Below, piece by piece: positions 44,801 to 54,652 of a stretch of 64,000 nt of DNA. A program made the translations under genes and the position numbers. The first letter of the stretch is position 1; each line of letters starts with the position of its first letter. This DNA is from a virus, in the IMG/VR virus record IMGVR_UViG_3300021425_000008, positions 32,001-96,000 of that record. One strand, 5' to 3'. The notes beneath the pieces are model-generated. The model did no database searches, had not been told where the DNA came from, and saw only the letters and a list, made by a program, of their open reading frames with translations.

Positions 44801-47800
44801 TTCAACTATCCACCTATCACCGTTGATGTTGAAGGGGCAGCAGCATCATTTGATAAAACCTTTGTTGAGGATTTCCAAGAACTTTACGTAATTGAATCTC
44901 CAATTACTGAAAATATTATCACACCAGTATCAGTTCTTGCTTGGACAGATACAGAAGCAGAGATTCATAATCCATATTATGTTCTCGTCAGTGAAGGTGC
45001 AAACTGGCTTATCAGTGATGACCCCTTCATTGGTAATATTTTTCTGTATGAAGCAAAATTACAACCAATATTCAGAGGTTCTATTCAAACCATCGATACG
45101 GTAAACGGTGGTGTTGGATACGGTGCATCAACAATTATTGACTTTAACAGACAACCAGAAGTCACTTTCCAATCAGGCGAAGGAGCACTATTGACTCCTA
45201 TCATCAACAACGGTCAGATATCAGAAGTTGTTGTTCTCTCTCCTGGTAATGGATATAATTCTCCACCAGATTTAGTTGTCAGAAGTTTAGATGGTAAGGG
45301 TGATTTTGCAATTCTTGTTCCAGTAATCTCAAATGGCCAAATTGATAGTGTAATCGTTCAAAAAGGTGGAGCTGGATATACAGCAGGTAAAACATCTGTT
45401 GATGTAATTGCAGCAGGTCAGGGTGCAAGAGTTCAAACCATGATCAGGGGTTGGAACATTAACCTGTTTGAGAAGAACTTTAACAATATCTTGGACGATG
45501 ATTGTGTATTGACGGAGAATATCGCTAATACATCTTTACAATTTGCATCCTTCTTTGCCCAGAGACCCCTTAGAGCAGCTTCTAATTCAATTAATGGATT
45601 TGAAGAGGATAATATCAAGTATGGTCTTTTTGATCTTCAATTGACCACAGGTGGTGAGGAAACATCCAGTGGATTCCACTCTCCTATTTTTGGATGGGCA
45701 TATGATGGAAATCCAATTTATGGTCCATATGCATACGATAAGATTAATGGATCTGGTAGCATTCGTCGAATGCAGAGTGGATATAAGTTGAAGAATACAC
45801 CAGTCAACAGACCATCATACACAGCATTCCGTAATGGATTCTTCGTTGATGACTACGAATTTGTTGGAGATGGTGATCTTGATGAATACAACGGTAGATT
45901 CTGTGTCACACCTGATTATCCAAATGGTGTGTATGCTTACTTCTGTACTATCAGTAATGATATTGAATCTTCTGGTCCTTTCAATAAATATAGACTTCCA
46001 CAGTTCCCATATGTTATTGGTGACAAGTTCAAGTCTTTACCGAATGCATTCAACTTCAGATCATCGTCCAATCAAACTGAATATGACATCACCAAAAATA
46101 ACTGGTTGAGAAATACCAGATACTATTTTACTAATGGTGGAAATAATGGATACGATTATATCTTTAATTCGGATCTGATAAGAAATTCATCTGTAGATAT
46201 CACTGCAACCACTAGTGGTGGTATTGATATTGTTGATATCAAAGATCCAGGTGAAAATTATAAAGTAAATGATAAAGTCATCTTTGATTCATCTCAAACT
46301 GATGGAAGAGGTGTAAATTGGAGAGTTGCTGAAATTAAGGGTAAAGATGTCACTCAGGTAAGTCTTGCAAAAACAGTATTTGAAGATTCTGAATTTGTAG
46401 GTGATGCATCTAGAAATGCTTTCACTGGAATCACTTCAGTACCTCATGATTTCTTGACGAATGATATTGTCTTTGTTGATGGTCTGTCAGAATTCTATAG
46501 GGGATTTACTGGACCATTCAGAGCGGGTGTTTCAAGTGAAAGATGGTATACATCAGTTGGTATTAAGACTGGAACAGTCACTGGTATCGTAACGTTTGTT
46601 TATCTCAGCGGTATTATTGATGAAGCTATTATTAGACCGAATGACATTCTAAGAATTGATCGTGAACAATTCAAAGTATTAAATCTTGATGTTGCATCAG
46701 GAAGAGTGAGAGTTGAGAGAGGTTATAACAGCTCACCACAAACTACTCACACAGCTGGTACTCTTGTGAGAGATGATCCCAGAAAGATTAGATTTAGTGC
46801 TCCAGGTATCTCTACATTCAAACCTTTAAATTTAAACAAGACTCATTACTTCATGCCTAATGAGTCTGTTGGTCTTGGAACTGCTACTGCAGGTACTGCA
46901 ACGACAATTACATTCTCAAATCCTGGTGTTGGTATCACACAGTTGAGACTTCAACAACAACAATTCTATTATCCAGATCACGGACTTGAATTAAATACTC
47001 CACTCAAATATTATAAGGGTGGTGGTACTTCCTTAGCAGTTTGGAGTGGTATTCAATCTTCCTCGATATTCAATCTTGATGAGACAAGAGATTTGTTTGC
47101 TGTACCTATTACTCAAGATATTATTGGTCTGGCATCGGATAGAGTTGCCTTGAGTACGGTAACCAATCAATATGTTGGTGTCGATAGTACTAAAGGTGGA
47201 TTATTATACTATACCAATTCTACCAATCTTGGACAGACACATAGTCTTGTTACTGTTCTTCCAACAGTTCTCACGGGTAGAATCTCTCAAAATGTAGTGA
47301 CAGTTTCTACTGGTGAAACTCATGGTATGAAGAGGGGTGATAGGATTTTGGTTGATGTAAATCCAACGACAACCACAACAGTTAAGGTTCTTTATGATGA
47401 TTACAATAGAAGAATAGTATTTGATAGAGATACCATTGAACCATCTGGTATCAACACAAGTAATAATTCGTTTACTGTTCCAATTAACAAGTATAGAACT
47501 GGTGATAAAGTCATTTACACTTCTGGAGATCCATCAGAGGGTCTGAATGCAAATGAAATGTATTATGTTTATGTCTACAAGGATGACGTAATCAAACTTA
47601 CAGATGAAGTTTATCAATTGTTCTCAGAAAACCCAACTTTTGTCAATGTTGGTTCTGCAACAACTGGAAGTATTGCAAGAATTAATCCAAGAATCGAAGT
47701 TCAGAAGAATCAGGATTTGAAGTTTGATTTATCCGATCCCTCATTGTCATTTGTTGATAAGACAATCACATATTCTGCATTTGAGATGCATCTTTATAGT

Positions 47801-50800
47801 GACTCTCAGAAGATTAATGAATTCTTCACAACAAAAACAAATTCAAAATTTGAAGTTACAACTTCAGGACAAATTGGTATCGATAGTACGGCAAACCTCA
47901 CTTTAAGTATAAGTAACGAACTTCCTGAGAGTCTGTATTATGGTTTTGAACCAGATAACCTAGACATCATACCACCAGTCAAGTTGAGAATATTTGAAGA
48001 TGACCAAGTATTCAAACATAACACTATTGGTGTCGTACCAAATAAGTTTGATGGTGTTTATAGTGTTGTGGGGGTAACTTCAGATACCTTTGATTATAAT
48101 ATCCCTTATGATAGTGATACTGTTACTTCTTATGGTTCAACCAATTCAACGGTTAAGTATAACACCACTTCACCAACTGCATTTGGACCTATTAATAGAG
48201 TAACTGCAGTCAATGAAGGAATTGGTTACAAAACTCTGCCTGGATTTACATCTGTAAGAAGTGCAAAAGGAACTGGTGCATTATTAGAGCCAAGAAGTAC
48301 AACAATTGGTTCGGTTCTCAAACAGAAGATAAACTATATTGGATTTGGTTTCCCATCCGACAATACTCTGAACATTGTTGCAAATCTTCCACAGGTTCTC
48401 AGAGTAGAACCACTTGGTAAATTCGAACAGATCGGTATTTCTTCGGGTGGTGTTAATTATAGTCAACCTCCACAATTGGTTGTTCTTGACGGTTTAACAG
48501 GATTACAAATTACTGACCTTGATCTGAGATTTGACTTTGATCAGACCTTTGTAGATATTGTTCAGAATACACAATCTCTGAATGATGTTATACCAGAGAT
48601 TATTCCCGTTCAAAACACTAATGGTTTCAGTATTAGTTCAATCACTTACAACAATACCTCAAAAGTTGTACGTTTGACTTTCTCTCATCAATTCAGTGAT
48701 CCTGAAGATTGGCCATTTAAGGTTGGTGAAGAATTCCTCGTAGAAAACGTTGCAATTGGTTTTGGAACTGTAGGTAAAGGTTACAACTCTGAAGATTATG
48801 GATATAAACTCTTCAAGGTGACTTCATTAGATAGTCAACTCGGAGGAAGTGGTGCATTTATTGAATATAGTCTTTCAGACGTTCTTGGTACAGGCGAAGT
48901 TCCTGGAGCAGTTGTAAGTACTGTATCTGGTACTGTAACTCCTAGAGTATACTTCCCGATCTTTGATCCTGTCATTAAAACTTCACCTCTGTTGACTGGA
49001 GAAAGGGTCACAAATGAAGGAAGAACTGGTATTGTTGAAAGATTTGATGAGGTAAGTAGATATCTCTTCGTTTCTGCTGAAGATGACTTTGTGGTTGGAA
49101 CAGATGTGGTCTCTGAAACATCTGGTGTAAGAGCAACAATTTTAGACACAACTGTGTTTGATTCAACGATCAAACTTGGTGTTGGTGCAACATTTATTGA
49201 TGGTTGGCAAACAAACTCTGGTTTCTTGAACGATAATCTTCAGGTGATTCCTAATAATGAATATTATCAAAACTTCTCATACTCTCTTAAATCGAGAGTT
49301 GCTTTAGACACATGGGATGATGCTGTAAGTTCTCTGAACCACACTGCAGGTTTTGAAAAATTTGCTGACTTGGTTATTGATAATAATGCACCTGGTATCG
49401 TAACAGCAGCAGACATTGAGATTTCAACTGTTGTCGATCTCATTGGTGAGGGAATGCTCAACTGTTTCCCTGACTTTGATGGTGCAACTGAAAGAACTTT
49501 GGATATTTCGAATGGAAGAACTATCTCCAATGAGATTGTATTTGAAACAAAAGTTCTTGTTGACTACTTCGAGTCAAGAGGAAATAGAGTTCTTAAAATC
49601 GATGACTTTAGTGATGAGTTTGATAGTGATCCAAGAGATACACCTTTCTCAATCATCAGTTTCTTTGATAACAAGTATGCATGGAATAAGTTCTTTACTC
49701 TTATTCAAGATACTGAAATTAGAAATAGAAAACAGTTTGGTATTGTCACCCTCCTTCAAAATGGTTCAGATGGTTTCTTGAATCAATACGGTACAGTTGA
49801 TACAGGTAAAGCACTTGGTTCATTTGAACATATCAGTATTGGTACAAGTCAGTTTGGTCTCGCATGGTACCCAAATCTCTTCGAATACAACAACTATGAA
49901 GTATCTTACTTCAACTTTGCTGGTGTAGAAAGTCTGACAGGAATTGGATCAACTGCAATCGGTAGTATGGTTTCAATAGCTTCATCTTCTGTCGCTGTTG
50001 GTGTTGGTACTACAACCACATTATTAGAACTTCCAACTGCAACTAGATCTGCAAAAGTTCACATTCAAATGGAAGATGGTAATGACAACTACTTCTATAA
50101 TGAACTGAACGTCCTTCATGATGGTACAAATGTACAACTCCTTCAATATGGCGATATTGATACTACCACCGATCCATCTTCAGGGTTTGGAACTTACACT
50201 GCAAACATAAGTGGTAGTAATATCGAGATTGACATTCATCCTACCGTAGGAACTGCTGTAACGGCAAACATCTTGTCAGTCGAGGTACATGGTACAAACA
50301 CTGGTGTTGACACCACTGGAATGATCGTGACTAACCTTTCATCATACCATACAAGTATCTCTTCATCTGGTACACCTACTGCCAATGAGATTGCATCTTT
50401 CAATAATCCATTTGCTGCAGAGTACTTCATGGTAACTGTCCATGATACTACGAATGATGAGTATGAAATGTTTGAGTGTCATGTCTTGGACTCCACTAGT
50501 AATCAAAATATTACTAAGTACGGTAGAATTGACACTATCTCTGGTGTAGGACTTGGTACCGTTGGTATGACCAAGACTGGAAGTTCGATTAGTTTGAACT
50601 TCACTCCAAATGCAAACATCGCTGTTGATGTGAAGACATTTGGTATTGGTCTAAAGAACTATAACAATATTACGGGTATCACTTCAATCAGTGACCTTCA
50701 AAATAATATTCTCTTCTCTAACCATGGTACTTACACAGGTACCCAGTTCGATACAAGAAGAGCATTTAACCTGAAGCACAATGATCTTCCAATCTTCCAG

Positions 50801-53800
50801 AGAGCATTCCTTGGAAATAATTCAAGTATTGTAGATCTTACAAATAATTTGATCACCGTTCCTGATCACTTCTTTGTCACTGGCGAAAAACTCATTTACA
50901 GCTATGAGAATTCATTATATGAGTCCACTAATGCAATAGGAATTGTCACACAATCAATCGCAGGTGTTTCCACTGACAAACTTCCAACAGAAGTCTATGC
51001 AGTTAAAGTAAGTGAAACTCAGGTCGGTCTTGCTACTAATGCAGCTGCAGCACTTAAAGGCACTCCTGACACCATTGATCTTTTGACTCTTGGTATTGGA
51101 ACATTCCACAAGTTGACATCAACCAATCAAAATGCAAGAGCATTGTTGGCTATCGATAATATGATTCAGGCTCCAGTCACTGAGGTTGTAGTCTCAACAA
51201 CTCTGAATGAGGAAATTATATTCGATGTTGACTTTGAAGTCACTGGAATCACATCATTCAAAGCAAATGATCTGATTAAGATTGACGATGAGATCATGTT
51301 GATTCAGAACGTTGGTGTGACTGCAGCAAATAGTTTCAAGGTTCTGAGAGCACAGATGGGTACTGGTGTTGGTACTCATGCAAACGGTACCACGGTTCAG
51401 AAACTTGGCGGTAACTACAATATTATTGATAACACTGTTCACTTTGCTTCTGCACCTTACGGAAATATTCCAATCGGAACAGATACTGCAGGTCCTGATA
51501 ATGTAGATTGGTCAGGTATCACCACTCATTCTACATTCCAAGGTAGAACATTCATGAGAAGTGGTATTGAAGATGAAACTACAAGTACTTATAGTACCAA
51601 CTTCACTTTTGATAACATTCAAAAGGATTTCAATGGTCAGAAGAAGGTATTCTCACTTCGTCAGAATGGAAGTAATATTACTGGATTTGCAACTAACCAA
51701 GCAATCATTCTGAACTCTAACATTCTTCAAGAACCACAGGGTGCTCAGGCAACTACTGGTGACTTTACTCTAAGTGAAACTGCTGGTGTTACGAGTATTA
51801 CTTATCTTGGTGAAAGTAGTTCTTCTGAGGATGATCCTAACAGAGCAACTCTTCCAAGAGGTGGCACTATTATCTCGGTTGCATCAACACCAGGTTTTGG
51901 TTTCCAACCTCTGATCTCTGCTGGTGCTTCATGTTTCGTCTCTGGTGGTGGTACAATCACTTCAATCGAAATTGGTAATCCTGGATCTGGATACAGAGTT
52001 GGTGTTCAGACAGTTCAGGTTGGTATCATTACAACTAACGTTGGTTTTGCAACTGTTGTCAACATTGGTACTGCAACCGTTCAAAACGGTGAGGTCGTAG
52101 CAATTACGACATCTTTCTTCGGATCAAATCTTGATCAGAATAATCCACCACAAGTTGTAATTGATGCACCTCTTCCGTATCAAGGTATTCCACTTGTATA
52201 TGCAGATGGAACGACTGGTATAGGTACTGGTGCTAGGGTTGATGTCAAGGTTGGTCAAGGTTCAAGTGTAATTAATTTTGAACTTGTAAGTGGTGGTCTT
52301 GGTTATGGTGAGAGTGAAGTACTCAGACTTGCCATTGGTGGTACTACAGGTATTCAAACAACCTCAAGTGCATCATTTGAACACTTTGAACTTACCGTAT
52401 CTGATGTTTATCGTGATACCTTCAACGGATTCACAATTGGCGAACTCGACGTATTTGATAGACTTGATCCTCTGTTTGATGGGGTCAGAAAGACATTCCC
52501 ACTTGAAATTGCAGGAAACTTATATGCAATTGAAACTGCTAAAGGTTCAAACATTGACATTGCACAGTGTCTGATTATCACCATCAATGACATTCTTCAG
52601 GTTCCTAATGTAGCATATAAGTTCAATGGTGGTAGTATTATTGAATTTACAGAACCACCTAAGAAAGGTGATGTATCTAAGATTATCTTCTACAAAGGCA
52701 CTCCAGATATTGACGTTGTTCTGGTTGATATTCTCGAAACCATCAAGATTGGTGATACCTTACAACTGAAGAATGATTCTGGAAAGGGTCAGACATTGGC
52801 ATTGTTCCAGGAGGAAAGAATTGTCACAGGTATCACAACCCTGGATACTGTCACAACTTTTGCTTATGATGGTCCTGGTATTACGACAAATCAGTCTCTG
52901 GTAAGACCAGTAACATGGTGTAAGCAGATTGACGACATTGTTATTAATGGTTCCTTTGTTACAAAGGATAGGGTTGAGTTTGAGCCATCGATCTATCCTT
53001 ACGGATACATCACTCAATATATTGGTGTGAATACTACTGACGCATATGTCGATAGTGTAAGACCATTCTTCAATTCAACAAATGAAACGGCACTTCTTGA
53101 TTATAACGATAGAGTAACGATCATCGACCAGACACCTATCGTTGGTGCATTAGCAACAGTTTCTGTCAGTACCGCTGGAACTGTCACTGGTTTTACAATC
53201 AGCAATGTTGGTTCTGGTTATTCTGGTTCAGCTGCTGTTTCTATCTCACAACCATTTGACATTGTGGGTGGTACAAGAGCAACTGCAACAGCCAACATCT
53301 CTGGTGGTGGTGTGACATCATTCACAATCACTAATGCTGGTGCTGGTTATTCAGCTGCTTATCCTCCACAAGTTCTAGTTGAAGTCCCTGAAGCAAGAAA
53401 AGAAACTGTTGGTGTCAATTCTTACTTCGGAGATCAAGGTATCATTGTTGGTTATGCTCAATCTGCTGGTGCTTTGGGAATCCTTGAACTGTATCTTCCA
53501 TATGATTCGTTCATGAGAGATACCACCATTGTAGGAACAGCTCTTACAGTCAGTACACTCAGAACTGGTGATCTGTTTGTTGTCAATCTTTCCAACTTCG
53601 GATTATCGACGAATACTAGTGATGGTATCTATCGTGCACATTATGTTTATGACCATACGGTTGATTTGACATCTGTTGGTATCGGAACAACCGTAGTCAA
53701 GAGAGTTGAAATTGAAAATGTTGGATTTGGTGTTACTGCAGTTGGAACATTTACAAGAGGTAAGGATCTGGGTGAATACACCTGGGGTAGAGTTCAATTT

Positions 53801-53917
53801 AAGAATAGAGTTGCTGCTAAAGCTCTCACATTTACACCAAATGGATATGCTGGATTGACCACATCTCCAATCATACAGAGGACCAGACCTCTGAAGTTCA
53901 ACAACTATCTAGTTTAA
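41816..53917 (+). CDS. gp7: Baseplate wedge initiator gp7 (large cyanophage type)
   Basis: QLPRYIREDFP..FLEQYY, FYSSKGT..SF..LFRALY, YYQNFSYSLKS...HTAGF; lies between gp6 and gp8. Confidence 0.8.
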   Translation: MAVDRVKFQEIVTSQLPRYIREDFPLLSDFLEQYYISQESQSGPADIIQNIDQYVKVEELFDIVDNTTLSSNLSLTAKTIPVSSTIGFPENNGIVQIDNEVIFYSGVTPTSLTGCKRGFSGITTYITTGNPDELTFSQTDSETHSSGAEVKNLNVLFLKEFFKKLKKQVTPGYDDRNFYGDLNKKNFIYNAKSFYSSKGTDQSFEILFRALYGEDVEILKPSEFLFTPSNANYKVTKDYVVEKLQGDPLDLKNLTIFQKRTGARGAVTNVQRIPYADYQFYQISIDQGFDYTSDTASIYGEFKPNPLTKILESVSIGASIISVDSTIDFPEFGNLAIKNVDGQEMSIGYSGKTSNQFFNCDGIGRNIDKTEDVKLDDYSYAYVGINTDTEIQVRFTSTLKDFVQNERTNYFRPLDTIQIKSLGYEATTKKSNNWFLNIKPKYRVAETTVIDPLAFIYQFKFYDTHFFSEGYELRYENPDQNISLLGTVIRVISKDTVNVRFSVQVPLTGEFYVENQLLKGSSTRYPYIEEFVANVQNTYAKFDGEVMVSSNSIPKFDNILTNTYNCSVTFSTSLQSTQVITLPTNPTTLPDHGFHTGDSVYFQSAGQGFEGVSSGSYFVRRINESQISLSRSKADLFKGTYLTFNGNVTNASLTLLEFYKKNIEPQGIYREILEPTNNRIDNQFTKSGTTGIWNNGVELLNYKSTNSVYYGDIISFNVTRGGENYDIITPPVVKITDETGVGATAIANVIGSLERLDVTDPGLGYYAPPTITIKGGNGVGAAAKPRMVSIVHENPFNANSNEVNLATDELSFKTDHKLLDGESVIYQPRGTKGIAGLTTDSEYFVFVTGQKTLKLHRNRADAIVGINTVILTQFGDGVQYITASKLKSVVSSVVITNPGTGYENKKRTIPSVGVNTVSNRVEIVNHGYKDREIVRYTRDDSLPRVEGLSENKDYYVLKINDDEFALTEVGTDGKPASYYFDRRITIDFTNAGKGSFNYPPITVDVEGAAASFDKTFVEDFQELYVIESPITENIITPVSVLAWTDTEAEIHNPYYVLVSEGANWLISDDPFIGNIFLYEAKLQPIFRGSIQTIDTVNGGVGYGASTIIDFNRQPEVTFQSGEGALLTPIINNGQISEVVVLSPGNGYNSPPDLVVRSLDGKGDFAILVPVISNGQIDSVIVQKGGAGYTAGKTSVDVIAAGQGARVQTMIRGWNINLFEKNFNNILDDDCVLTENIANTSLQFASFFAQRPLRAASNSINGFEEDNIKYGLFDLQLTTGGEETSSGFHSPIFGWAYDGNPIYGPYAYDKINGSGSIRRMQSGYKLKNTPVNRPSYTAFRNGFFVDDYEFVGDGDLDEYNGRFCVTPDYPNGVYAYFCTISNDIESSGPFNKYRLPQFPYVIGDKFKSLPNAFNFRSSSNQTEYDITKNNWLRNTRYYFTNGGNNGYDYIFNSDLIRNSSVDITATTSGGIDIVDIKDPGENYKVNDKVIFDSSQTDGRGVNWRVAEIKGKDVTQVSLAKTVFEDSEFVGDASRNAFTGITSVPHDFLTNDIVFVDGLSEFYRGFTGPFRAGVSSERWYTSVGIKTGTVTGIVTFVYLSGIIDEAIIRPNDILRIDREQFKVLNLDVASGRVRVERGYNSSPQTTHTAGTLVRDDPRKIRFSAPGISTFKPLNLNKTHYFMPNESVGLGTATAGTATTITFSNPGVGITQLRLQQQQFYYPDHGLELNTPLKYYKGGGTSLAVWSGIQSSSIFNLDETRDLFAVPITQDIIGLASDRVALSTVTNQYVGVDSTKGGLLYYTNSTNLGQTHSLVTVLPTVLTGRISQNVVTVSTGETHGMKRGDRILVDVNPTTTTTVKVLYDDYNRRIVFDRDTIEPSGINTSNNSFTVPINKYRTGDKVIYTSGDPSEGLNANEMYYVYVYKDDVIKLTDEVYQLFSENPTFVNVGSATTGSIARINPRIEVQKNQDLKFDLSDPSLSFVDKTITYSAFEMHLYSDSQKINEFFTTKTNSKFEVTTSGQIGIDSTANLTLSISNELPESLYYGFEPDNLDIIPPVKLRIFEDDQVFKHNTIGVVPNKFDGVYSVVGVTSDTFDYNIPYDSDTVTSYGSTNSTVKYNTTSPTAFGPINRVTAVNEGIGYKTLPGFTSVRSAKGTGALLEPRSTTIGSVLKQKINYIGFGFPSDNTLNIVANLPQVLRVEPLGKFEQIGISSGGVNYSQPPQLVVLDGLTGLQITDLDLRFDFDQTFVDIVQNTQSLNDVIPEIIPVQNTNGFSISSITYNNTSKVVRLTFSHQFSDPEDWPFKVGEEFLVENVAIGFGTVGKGYNSEDYGYKLFKVTSLDSQLGGSGAFIEYSLSDVLGTGEVPGAVVSTVSGTVTPRVYFPIFDPVIKTSPLLTGERVTNEGRTGIVERFDEVSRYLFVSAEDDFVVGTDVVSETSGVRATILDTTVFDSTIKLGVGATFIDGWQTNSGFLNDNLQVIPNNEYYQNFSYSLKSRVALDTWDDAVSSLNHTAGFEKFADLVIDNNAPGIVTAADIEISTVVDLIGEGMLNCFPDFDGATERTLDISNGRTISNEIVFETKVLVDYFESRGNRVLKIDDFSDEFDSDPRDTPFSIISFFDNKYAWNKFFTLIQDTEIRNRKQFGIVTLLQNGSDGFLNQYGTVDTGKALGSFEHISIGTSQFGLAWYPNLFEYNNYEVSYFNFAGVESLTGIGSTAIGSMVSIASSSVAVGVGTTTTLLELPTATRSAKVHIQMEDGNDNYFYNELNVLHDGTNVQLLQYGDIDTTTDPSSGFGTYTANISGSNIEIDIHPTVGTAVTANILSVEVHGTNTGVDTTGMIVTNLSSYHTSISSSGTPTANEIASFNNPFAAEYFMVTVHDTTNDEYEMFECHVLDSTSNQNITKYGRIDTISGVGLGTVGMTKTGSSISLNFTPNANIAVDVKTFGIGLKNYNNITGITSISDLQNNILFSNHGTYTGTQFDTRRAFNLKHNDLPIFQRAFLGNNSSIVDLTNNLITVPDHFFVTGEKLIYSYENSLYESTNAIGIVTQSIAGVSTDKLPTEVYAVKVSETQVGLATNAAAALKGTPDTIDLLTLGIGTFHKLTSTNQNARALLAIDNMIQAPVTEVVVSTTLNEEIIFDVDFEVTGITSFKANDLIKIDDEIMLIQNVGVTAANSFKVLRAQMGTGVGTHANGTTVQKLGGNYNIIDNTVHFASAPYGNIPIGTDTAGPDNVDWSGITTHSTFQGRTFMRSGIEDETTSTYSTNFTFDNIQKDFNGQKKVFSLRQNGSNITGFATNQAIILNSNILQEPQGAQATTGDFTLSETAGVTSITYLGESSSSEDDPNRATLPRGGTIISVASTPGFGFQPLISAGASCFVSGGGTITSIEIGNPGSGYRVGVQTVQVGIITTNVGFATVVNIGTATVQNGEVVAITTSFFGSNLDQNNPPQVVIDAPLPYQGIPLVYADGTTGIGTGARVDVKVGQGSSVINFELVSGGLGYGESEVLRLAIGGTTGIQTTSSASFEHFELTVSDVYRDTFNGFTIGELDVFDRLDPLFDGVRKTFPLEIAGNLYAIETAKGSNIDIAQCLIITINDILQVPNVAYKFNGGSIIEFTEPPKKGDVSKIIFYKGTPDIDVVLVDILETIKIGDTLQLKNDSGKGQTLALFQEERIVTGITTLDTVTTFAYDGPGITTNQSLVRPVTWCKQIDDIVINGSFVTKDRVEFEPSIYPYGYITQYIGVNTTDAYVDSVRPFFNSTNETALLDYNDRVTIIDQTPIVGALATVSVSTAGTVTGFTISNVGSGYSGSAAVSISQPFDIVGGTRATATANISGGGVTSFTITNAGAGYSAAYPPQVLVEVPEARKETVGVNSYFGDQGIIVGYAQSAGALGILELYLPYDSFMRDTTIVGTALTVSTLRTGDLFVVNLSNFGLSTNTSDGIYRAHYVYDHTVDLTSVGIGTTVVKRVEIENVGFGVTAVGTFTRGKDLGEYTWGRVQFKNRVAAKALTFTPNGYAGLTTSPIIQRTRPLKFNNYLV

Positions 53918-53951
53918 AATAAATAAAACATAGAAAAGGATCCTACAGTAG

Positions 53952-54617
53952 ATGGCATACCAAGGTATTAATACTGGCACAACGCCAAATGATGGTACTG
54001 GTGACACTCTAGTTGCTGGTGGTGTAAAAATCAACAGCAACTTCACTGAGATTTATAATCTCCTTGGTAATGGAACCACTTTATCTGTTGGAGTTGTATC
54101 TGCAATAACCGCAGGAACAAATGTTTCGTTAAACACAACAACTGGTAATGTAACGGTATCTGTACCAACTCCAGTTTCTATTGCAACCACAGACGTTGAC
54201 ATTTCGAGAAACCTCAAGGTTGCTGGGATTACGACCTTAGGAGTTGTCACTGGAGCTACATATTATGGTAATGCATCTTATATCACACATTCTAAGTGGG
54301 ATCTTGGTGCAGATGGATCCACACACTATCTCTTTACGGGTCCGGCTGGATTAAGTTCTACAGCAGATCCAGTCATCTACTTGGCAAGAGGTCAGAATTA
54401 CGAATTTGTCAATAATATGGGTGCCCATCCATTTGAAATTCGTTCATCAAATGGTGGATCCGCATTCTCAACAGGTGTTACAAATAATGCAGTGTCTAAC
54501 GGAACTCTGAGATTTGAAGTTCCATTCAGTGCACCAAACTCGCTGTACTATCAATGTACAACTCACGCTGGTATGGGTGGAACGATTGTTATCTATCCGA
54601 ACTTGTTCACGGTCTAA
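53952..54617 (+). CDS. Baseplate-associated protein: gp9/gp10-like N-terminus + cupredoxin-like C-terminus
   Basis: INTGTTPNDGTGDTL..GGVKINSNFTEIY; HPF...LYYQCTTHAGMGG; late promoter at 53919-53925. Confidence 0.7.
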   Translation: MAYQGINTGTTPNDGTGDTLVAGGVKINSNFTEIYNLLGNGTTLSVGVVSAITAGTNVSLNTTTGNVTVSVPTPVSIATTDVDISRNLKVAGITTLGVVTGATYYGNASYITHSKWDLGADGSTHYLFTGPAGLSSTADPVIYLARGQNYEFVNNMGAHPFEIRSSNGGSAFSTGVTNNAVSNGTLRFEVPFSAPNSLYYQCTTHAGMGGTIVIYPNLFTV

Positions 54618-54652
54618 ATTAACGTCTAAATAAGAAAAAAGTCCTCTAACAA

